Below are positions 57,906-64,000 of a stretch of DNA of 64,000 nt, one piece after another; positions within the stretch are counted from its first letter, which is position 1; each line of letters opens with the position of its first letter. The stretch is from contig CAZPQW010000006.1 of NCBI GenBank assembly GCA_964588985.1, forward strand, positions 64,001 through 128,000, given 5' to 3'. The position numbers and the translations under genes are program-made. This DNA is from an uncultured Solirubrobacteraceae bacterium. Its GTDB lineage: Bacteria; Actinomycetota; Thermoleophilia; Solirubrobacterales; Solirubrobacteraceae. A model generated the notes under the pieces. That model worked only from the letters and a program-made list of their open reading frames with translations, was not told the DNA's origin and did no database searches.

Positions 57906-59900
57906 ATGCGGCATTTGACCTCGGAGGCTCGCGGCGAGGCTCAGGCGGCGCTGGAGCGTGCGCGCGAGTATCTGCTCTCCCTCCAGGACAGCGCAGGATG
58001 GTGGCGCGGGGAGCTGCAGACGAACGTGACGATGGACGCGGAGGACCTGCTGCTGCGCGAGTTCCTCGGCATCCGCGGCGAGGCCGAGACGGCGCGCACG
58101 GCGGCGTGGGTCCGCTCGCAGCAGCGCGCCGATGGCACGTGGGCGAACTTCCACGGCGGCCCCGGCGAGCTGTCGACGACGATCGAGGCGTACTGGGCGC
58201 TGCGCCTTGCGGGCGATGCCGCGGACGCGCCGCACATGCTCGCGGCGGCGGAGTTCGTCCGTCGCGAAGGCGGGATCGAGCACGCGCGCGTGTTCACGCA
58301 CCTGTGGCTCGCGCTGTTCGGGCTGTGGTCGTGGGAGCACGTCCCGGCGCTGCCGCCCGAGGTGATCCTGCTGCCGGCGTGGGTGCCGCTGAACGTGTAC
58401 GACTTCGCGTGCTGGGCGCGCCAGACGATCGTCGCGCTGTCGCTCGTCAAAGCTCACCGTCCGATCCACCCGCTCCTGTTCGACCTCGACGAGCTGCACG
58501 CGCCTGGGTTCGTGGAGGACCCGGCCCGCGCTCGTCGCGTCCGCCGGCCCGCGTCGCGGCGCGCGGGGATGCTCACCCGCCTGGACCGGCTGTTGCGCGC
58601 GTACGAGCGCCGGCCGCTGCGCCCGCTGCGCAAGCTCGCGATCGCGCGCGCCGAGCGCTGGATCGTGGAGCGCCAGGAGGCCGACGGCTCGTGGGGCGGG
58701 ATCCAGCCGCCGTGGGTGTACTCGCTGATCGCGCTGCGCCTGCAGGGCTACCCGCTCGACCATCCGGCGCTCGTGCGCGGCATCGAGGGGCTCGAGCGGT
58801 TCATGGTCGAGGAGTCCAACCCACCGAGCAGGCGCCTGGAAGCGTGCCAGTCGCCGGTGTGGGACACCGCGCTCGCGGCGGTCGCGCTGAGCGACGCGGG
58901 CCTGTCGGGCGAGCACCCGGCGCTGGTGCGCGCCACGGAGTGGCTGCTCGGCGAGGAGGTCGAGCAGAAGGGCGACTGGTCGGTCGCTCGACCGGCCCTC
59001 GAGCCTGGCGGCTGGGCGTTCGAGTTCGCGAACGTGAACTACCCCGACATCGACGACACGGCTGAGGTGGTGCTCGCGCTCCAGCGCGTCGCCGACACCG
59101 AGGCCGGGCAAACGTCGCCCGCGCGGGCGCTCAGGCCGAAGATCGACGCGGCGGTGCGCCGGGCGCTGCGCTGGGTCGAGGGGATGCAGTGCTCGGACGG
59201 CGGCTGGGGCGCGTTCGACGCGGACAACACGCGCGCGCTGGTGCGCGAGCTGCCGTTCCTGGACTTCGGCGAGGTGATCGACGAGCCGAGCGCGGACGTG
59301 ACAGCGCACACGCTCGAGATGCTCGGCACGCTCGGCCTCGCGAGCAGCGAGCCGGCACAGCGCGGGGTGCGCTGGCTGCTCGAGCGCCAGGAGCCCGAGG
59401 GCTCGTGGTTCGGACGGTGGGGCGTCAACCACGTTTACGGCACCGGCGCCGCGGTCCCCGGCCTGATCGCGTGCGGCGTCGACCCGTCCGAGCGGTGCAT
59501 CCGCCGCGCGGTGCGCTGGCTGGAGGCGCACCAGAACGAGGACGGCGGCTGGGGCGAGGACCCGCGCTCCTACGACGACGCCGCGTGGGTCGGGCGCGGG
59601 GCGAGCACCGCCTCCCAGACGGCCTGGGCGCTGATCGCGCTGCACGCCGCCGGCGAGGCCTCAGATGCGCTCGCGCGCGGCGTTCGCTGGCTCGCCGCAA
59701 CCCAGAGATCCGACGGCGGCTGGGATGAGCCGCAGTACACGGGAACGGGCTTCCCGTCCGACTACTACATCAACTACCACCTTTATAGGATCACGTTTCC
59801 GATGATGGCGCTCGGACGCTGCGTCGCGGCGCCGACCGCGCCCGGGGAGGCCGTCGACGGTCTTGGCCACGAGGCCGGCGTGTCCGAGCGAAGCGGGTGA
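57906..59900 (+). CDS. shc: Squalene-hopene cyclase
   Basis: QW repeats, WARQT, WGGIQPP, SPVWDT, YPDIDDTA (DxDD), GTGFP; start ATG 57906 or TTG 57900. Confidence 0.96.
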   Translation: MRHLTSEARGEAQAALERAREYLLSLQDSAGWWRGELQTNVTMDAEDLLLREFLGIRGEAETARTAAWVRSQQRADGTWANFHGGPGELSTTIEAYWALRLAGDAADAPHMLAAAEFVRREGGIEHARVFTHLWLALFGLWSWEHVPALPPEVILLPAWVPLNVYDFACWARQTIVALSLVKAHRPIHPLLFDLDELHAPGFVEDPARARRVRRPASRRAGMLTRLDRLLRAYERRPLRPLRKLAIARAERWIVERQEADGSWGGIQPPWVYSLIALRLQGYPLDHPALVRGIEGLERFMVEESNPPSRRLEACQSPVWDTALAAVALSDAGLSGEHPALVRATEWLLGEEVEQKGDWSVARPALEPGGWAFEFANVNYPDIDDTAEVVLALQRVADTEAGQTSPARALRPKIDAAVRRALRWVEGMQCSDGGWGAFDADNTRALVRELPFLDFGEVIDEPSADVTAHTLEMLGTLGLASSEPAQRGVRWLLERQEPEGSWFGRWGVNHVYGTGAAVPGLIACGVDPSERCIRRAVRWLEAHQNEDGGWGEDPRSYDDAAWVGRGASTASQTAWALIALHAAGEASDALARGVRWLAATQRSDGGWDEPQYTGTGFPSDYYINYHLYRITFPMMALGRCVAAPTAPGEAVDGLGHEAGVSERSG

Positions 59901-60772
59901 CGCTCATCGCGGTAGCGCCCGGCGGCGCGCCGACTGCCGATGCGGTGATGGCGCGGGCGGGCGGCGAGAACTTCCCCGTCGCGAGCCGCGTGCTGGGGCG
60001 GCGGGTGCGTGGCGACCTGCTCGCGCTGTACGGGTTCGCGCGGCTGCTCGACGAGCTGGGGGATTCGGATGAGCTGAGGCCTGCCGAGCGGCTGTCCGCG
60101 CTCGACTGGCTGGAGGCGGAGCTGGACGAGGCGTTCGCGGGGCGTGCGCGCCACCCGCTGCTCGTGGCGCTCGAGCCGACTTTGCGCGACCGGCGCCTGT
60201 CGCGCGAGCCGTTCGCGCGGCTGATGGAGGCCAACCGCATGGACCAGCGCGTGAGCCGCTACGAGACGTGGGAGCAGCTGCGCGACTACTGTGCGCTGTC
60301 CGCCGACCCGGTCGGCGAGCTGGTGCTCGCGGTCTTCGGCGCCGCCATCCCCGAGCGGATCGCGCTGTCGGACTCGATCTGCACCGCGCTGCAGCTGGTC
60401 GAGCACTGCCAGGACGTCGCGGAGGATCTCGCGCGTGGACGGATCTACCTGCCCGCCGAGGACATGGAGCGCTTCGGCTGCACGCCCGCGGAGCTGGAGC
60501 GGGCGCACGCGACCGGACCGCTGCGCGAGACGATCGCGTTCGAGGTCGAGCGCGCGAGGACGCTGCTGGACGAGGGCGCGCCGCTGATCGACACGCTGCG
60601 CGGCAGGGCGCGGTTCGCGGTGACGGCGTTCGTCGCGGGTGGGCGCGCGGCGCTCGACGCGATCGAGCGCGCGCGCTTCGACACGCTCCCCGGGCCGCCG
60701 CCCGTGGGGCGTACGAGGCGGGCGCGAGCGCTGTTGGCGACGCTCATCGAGCACCGGGGCCGGCACGCGTGA
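59897..60772 (+). CDS. hpnC: Squalene synthase HpnC
   Basis: ENFPVAS, YGFARLLDELGD, YCALSADPVG, QDVAED...GRIYLP. Confidence 0.92.
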   Translation: MTLIAVAPGGAPTADAVMARAGGENFPVASRVLGRRVRGDLLALYGFARLLDELGDSDELRPAERLSALDWLEAELDEAFAGRARHPLLVALEPTLRDRRLSREPFARLMEANRMDQRVSRYETWEQLRDYCALSADPVGELVLAVFGAAIPERIALSDSICTALQLVEHCQDVAEDLARGRIYLPAEDMERFGCTPAELERAHATGPLRETIAFEVERARTLLDEGAPLIDTLRGRARFAVTAFVAGGRAALDAIERARFDTLPGPPPVGRTRRARALLATLIEHRGRHA

Positions 60773-61728
60773 GCGCGACTGTGACCCTCGATGAGGCGTA
60801 CGCGCGCTGCGAGGCGATCACGCGCACGCAGGCGACGAACTTCTACTACGGCATCCGCCTGCTGCCGGGCGGGCGGCGCCGCGCGATGTGCGCGGCGTAC
60901 GCGTTCGCGCGCCGCGTGGACGACATCGGCGACGGGACGCTCGACCAGGGCGAGAAGCTGCGGCTGCTCGACGCGCAGGGGGAGGCGCTCGCGGCGATCG
61001 AGCCCGCGCGCGTGGGCCACTCGCCGAGCGAGGACCCTGTGATGGTCGCGCTGGCGGACGCGAGCACCCGCTTCGCGCTGCCGGCGGGCGCGCTCGCGGA
61101 GCTGATCGAGGGTGTTCGGATGGACGTGGAGGGCGTGACATATGAGTCCTTCGAGGAGCTCGTGCCGTACTGCCGCCGCGTGGCGGGCGCGATCGGAAGG
61201 GCGTGCCTGGCGATCTTCGGCCTGCGCGACGACGCGGTCGACCGTGCGGACGCGGAAACGCTCGCGGACGACCTCGGCATCGCGCTGCAGCTGACGAACA
61301 TCCTGCGCGACGTGCGGGAGGACGCGAGCAACGGCCGCGTGTACCTGCCGCGCGAGGATCTGCGGCGCGTCGGGCTGATCGCTGCGGAGGGTGCGGGCGC
61401 GGCGGAGGCGCTGGCGGTGCTGGCGCGCGCGACCGGCTCGTATGGCGCGAACGGCGACGCGGCGGGCGCGGCGGAGCTGGAGCGGCTGTCGGAGGCGGTG
61501 CGCTACGAGGCGGAGCGGGCGCGCGAGTGGTTCGACCGCGGCCTGACGCTCGTGCCGCTGCTCGACCGTCGCAGCGCGGGTTGCGTGCTGGCGATGGCGG
61601 GGATCTACCGGCGGCTGCTCGACCGTATCGAGGCGCACCCGGAGCGGATCGCGCGCGAACGGATGTCGCTGGCGAAACACGAGAAGGCGTGGGTCGCCGC
61701 CCGCGGGCTGCTGGGGGTGACGGATTGA
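60769..61728 (+). CDS. hpnD: Presqualene diphosphate synthase HpnD
   Basis: NFYYGI, YAFARRVDDIGD, YCRRVAG, QLTNILRDVRED...GRVYLP. Confidence 0.92.
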   Translation: MSATVTLDEAYARCEAITRTQATNFYYGIRLLPGGRRRAMCAAYAFARRVDDIGDGTLDQGEKLRLLDAQGEALAAIEPARVGHSPSEDPVMVALADASTRFALPAGALAELIEGVRMDVEGVTYESFEELVPYCRRVAGAIGRACLAIFGLRDDAVDRADAETLADDLGIALQLTNILRDVREDASNGRVYLPREDLRRVGLIAAEGAGAAEALAVLARATGSYGANGDAAGAAELERLSEAVRYEAERAREWFDRGLTLVPLLDRRSAGCVLAMAGIYRRLLDRIEAHPERIARERMSLAKHEKAWVAARGLLGVTD

Positions 61729-63101
61729 GCGCCGAGCGCAGCGTGGTGGTGGTCGGCGGCGGTCTCGCGGGGATCACCGCTGCGCTCGACTGCGCGGACG
61801 CGGGGGCGAGCGTGACGCTCGTGGAGGTGAGGCCGAGGCTCGGGGGAGCGGTCTACTCGGTCGAGCGCGAGGGCCTTCGGATGGACAACGGCCAGCACGT
61901 GTTCCTGCGCTGCTGCACCGCATACCACGCGCTGCTGAGTCGCCTTGGCAGCGACCACCTCGTGTCGATCCAGCCGCGCCTGGAGATACCGGTGCTGAAG
62001 CCTGGGTCGGCGCCGACGCTGCTGCGTCGCGGCTCGCTGCCCGCGCCGCTTCACCTCGCGGGCGTGCTCGCGCGCTACCCGCACCTGAGCGCGCGCCAGC
62101 GTTTCGGGGTGATCCGCGCAGCGCTGGGGCTGATGCGCCTGGACCCGGACGACCCGCGGCTTGACGAGATCTCGTTCGGCGAATGGCTCGAAGCGCACGG
62201 GCAGGACGCGGAGGCGGTGAGCGTGCTGTGGGACCTGATCGCGCTGCCGACGCTCAACCTCCCCGCCGCGGAGGCGTCGCTGGCGCTCGGCGTGTTCGTG
62301 TTCCGCACGGGGCTCTTCACCTCCGCGGACGCCGGCGACATCGGCTTCCACACGGGCACGCTGTCTGAGATCGTCGGCGTGCCGGCGGAGCGCGCGCTGT
62401 GCGACGCGGGGGTCGACGTGCGGCTCGGCTGGGGCGCGGAGCGGCTGGAGCGCGGCGAGGACGGCTTCGAGGTTCACGCGCGCGGCGACGCGGACGGCGT
62501 GAGTGCGCAGACGGCGATCGTGGCGGTGCCGCACACGCGCGCGGCGAGCCTGCTCGAGGGTCTGCTGGGGGGGACGGCGCGCGGGTTCGCCGAGCTGGGC
62601 GGCTCGCCGATCGTGAACCTGCACGTGGTGTTCGACCGCGAGGTGACCAGCCACCGGTTCGCCGCGGGCGTGGGCACGCCGGTGCAGTACCTGTTCGACC
62701 GCAGCGCCGCGGCGGGCGCGCCCACGGGATGCCAATATCTGGCGGTGTCGCTTTCGGGTGCCGAGCGGGAGATGGCGATGAGCGTGGAGGAGCTGCGCGA
62801 GCTCTACGTGCCCGCGCTGCGCGAGCTGCTGCCGCGCGCGCGGCGCGCGAACGTGGAGAGCTTCCTCGTGACCCGCGAGCACGCCGCGACGATCCGCGCC
62901 GCCCCCGGCACCGCGTCGCTGCGCCCGGCCGCGCGGACGGCCGTGCCGGGACTGCTGCTGGCGGGCTCGTGGACCGACACGGGCGGGCCGGCGACGCTCG
63001 AGGGCGCGGTGCTGAGCGGCCACGCCGCCGCCGCTGAGGCGCTTCGGAGGCTCGCGCTGGCGCCGCCGCCGCAGCCGGTGGCGTGGGGGGCGGCGGCGTG
63101 A
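61725..63101 (+). CDS. hpnE: Hydroxysqualene dehydroxylase HpnE
   Basis: VVGGGLAG, DNGQHVFL, SPIVNLH, PATLEGAV; TTG start overlaps the hpnD stop. Confidence 0.92.
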   Translation: MSAERSVVVVGGGLAGITAALDCADAGASVTLVEVRPRLGGAVYSVEREGLRMDNGQHVFLRCCTAYHALLSRLGSDHLVSIQPRLEIPVLKPGSAPTLLRRGSLPAPLHLAGVLARYPHLSARQRFGVIRAALGLMRLDPDDPRLDEISFGEWLEAHGQDAEAVSVLWDLIALPTLNLPAAEASLALGVFVFRTGLFTSADAGDIGFHTGTLSEIVGVPAERALCDAGVDVRLGWGAERLERGEDGFEVHARGDADGVSAQTAIVAVPHTRAASLLEGLLGGTARGFAELGGSPIVNLHVVFDREVTSHRFAAGVGTPVQYLFDRSAAAGAPTGCQYLAVSLSGAEREMAMSVEELRELYVPALRELLPRARRANVESFLVTREHAATIRAAPGTASLRPAARTAVPGLLLAGSWTDTGGPATLEGAVLSGHAAAAEALRRLALAPPPQPVAWGAAA

Positions 63102-63691
63102 GCGACCTGCTGGTGGCGGCGCCGCTGCGCGTCGAGGCGCTGCTGATCTCCTCGGCTGCGCGCAGCGCGCTGGTGCGCAAGACCGGCATGGGGCCGGACC
63201 GCGCGAAGGCTGCGGCGGGCGAATTGGCGTCGCACGCGGGCGGCGCGATGCTCGTGCTCGGCTTCTGCGGCGGCCTGGACGACAGCTCGGTGCCGGGCGA
63301 AGTGATCGTCGCGGAGGAGGTGTACGCGGCAGAGGACGAAGGCCACGAGGAGCAGCGCGTGCGCTGCGGGATGACGGGCGAGCTGCTGCGGCGGCTGACG
63401 GGGCGCGGGTTGAAGGTGCGCACGGGCAACGTGGTGTGCGTGTCGCGTCTCGCGCTCGGGGAGCGCCGCGCGGAGCTGCACGCGGGCGGCGCGATCGCGG
63501 TGGACATGGAGTCGGTGTGGCTCGCGCCTGGAGCGGGCGAGCGGCCGTTCGCGGTCGTGCGGGTGGTGCTCGACAGTCCCTCGCACGAGCTGATGCGCGT
63601 GCAGGCGGTCGGCGGGGCGCTGCGCGCGGCGTGGGCACTCAGGCGCGTCGCCGCCGCCCTGCACGACCTCGCGCCCGAGGGACTAAGGTAG
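63098..63691 (+). CDS. Hopanoid-associated nucleoside phosphorylase-like protein (HpnG-like)
   Basis: TGMGP, GFCGGL, AVDMES, VRVVLD; lies within the hpn cluster. Confidence 0.75.
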   Translation: MSDLLVAAPLRVEALLISSAARSALVRKTGMGPDRAKAAAGELASHAGGAMLVLGFCGGLDDSSVPGEVIVAEEVYAAEDEGHEEQRVRCGMTGELLRRLTGRGLKVRTGNVVCVSRLALGERRAELHAGGAIAVDMESVWLAPGAGERPFAVVRVVLDSPSHELMRVQAVGGALRAAWALRRVAAALHDLAPEGLR

Positions 63692-63696
63692 TCCGC

Positions 63697-64000
63697 ATGG
63701 CCGTACGTGTCCGCCAGAGCACGCGCATGGGCTGGTACCTGATGCGCCAGCGGATCGCCAAACGCGAGAAGTTCCCGCTGATCGTCGAGCTCGAGCCGCT
63801 GTTCCAGTGCAACCTCGCGTGCTCGGGCTGCGGCAAGATCCAGCACCCCGAGCACGAGCTGCGCCGGCGGATGCCGGTCGAGCAGGCGATCGCGGCGATC
63901 GAGGAGAGTGGCACGCCGATGGTGTCGATCGCGGGCGGCGAGCCGCTGATCCACCCCGAGATCCACGTGATCGCGGACGAGTTGGTTAAACGCAAGAAGT
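63697..64000 (+). CDS. hpnH: Adenosyl-hopene transferase HpnH (radical SAM); runs off the window
   Basis: FPLIVELEPLFQCNLACSGCGKI (CxxxCxxC), VSIAGGEPLIHP. Confidence 0.92.
   Translation, partial: MAVRVRQSTRMGWYLMRQRIAKREKFPLIVELEPLFQCNLACSGCGKIQHPEHELRRRMPVEQAIAAIEESGTPMVSIAGGEPLIHPEIHVIADELVKRKK

Overview
High-GC actinobacterial chromosome segment. Gene content and order suggest Thermoleophilia/Solirubrobacterales (inference). Most of it is conserved core: cell-envelope glycosyltransferases, the ribD-ribE-ribBA-ribH operon, rpmB-DAK2-recG-rsmD-coaD, yceD-rpmF-plsX-acpP-rnc-smc-ftsY, ffh-rpsP-khpA-rimM-trmD-rplS-lepB-rnhB, thiD, ilvD, xerC-whiG, rnhA, LCP, a SEDS protein, an EAL protein, and the start of a hopanoid cluster (shc-hpnCDE-phosphorylase-hpnH). 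Two accessory inserts stand out. The first is a short DprA/SLOG plus zinc-ribbon PRTase pair between recG and rsmD, with a LexA-type SOS box over its start (ShosTA-like defence or competence module). The second is a ~7.5 kb lower-GC island with an ECF sigma factor, a DUF2294 protein and a secreted DNRLRE-RHS polymorphic toxin with a tiny acidic glycine-zipper tip. The best candidate for an undescribed system is a two-gene module at 40658-41532: a small ubiquitin/MoaD-like protein with a masked C-terminal GG (FFPRAAGG|APQPTL) followed by a membrane-anchored Cys-containing partner, with no E1, E2 or JAB gene nearby. Other oddities are an RNase III lacking two catalytic acidic residues, an L32 with a His/Asp tail, and several apparent non-canonical start codons. 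No rRNA, tRNA, CRISPR array or transposase was recognised. All family assignments come from motif recognition by eye; no database searches were run.
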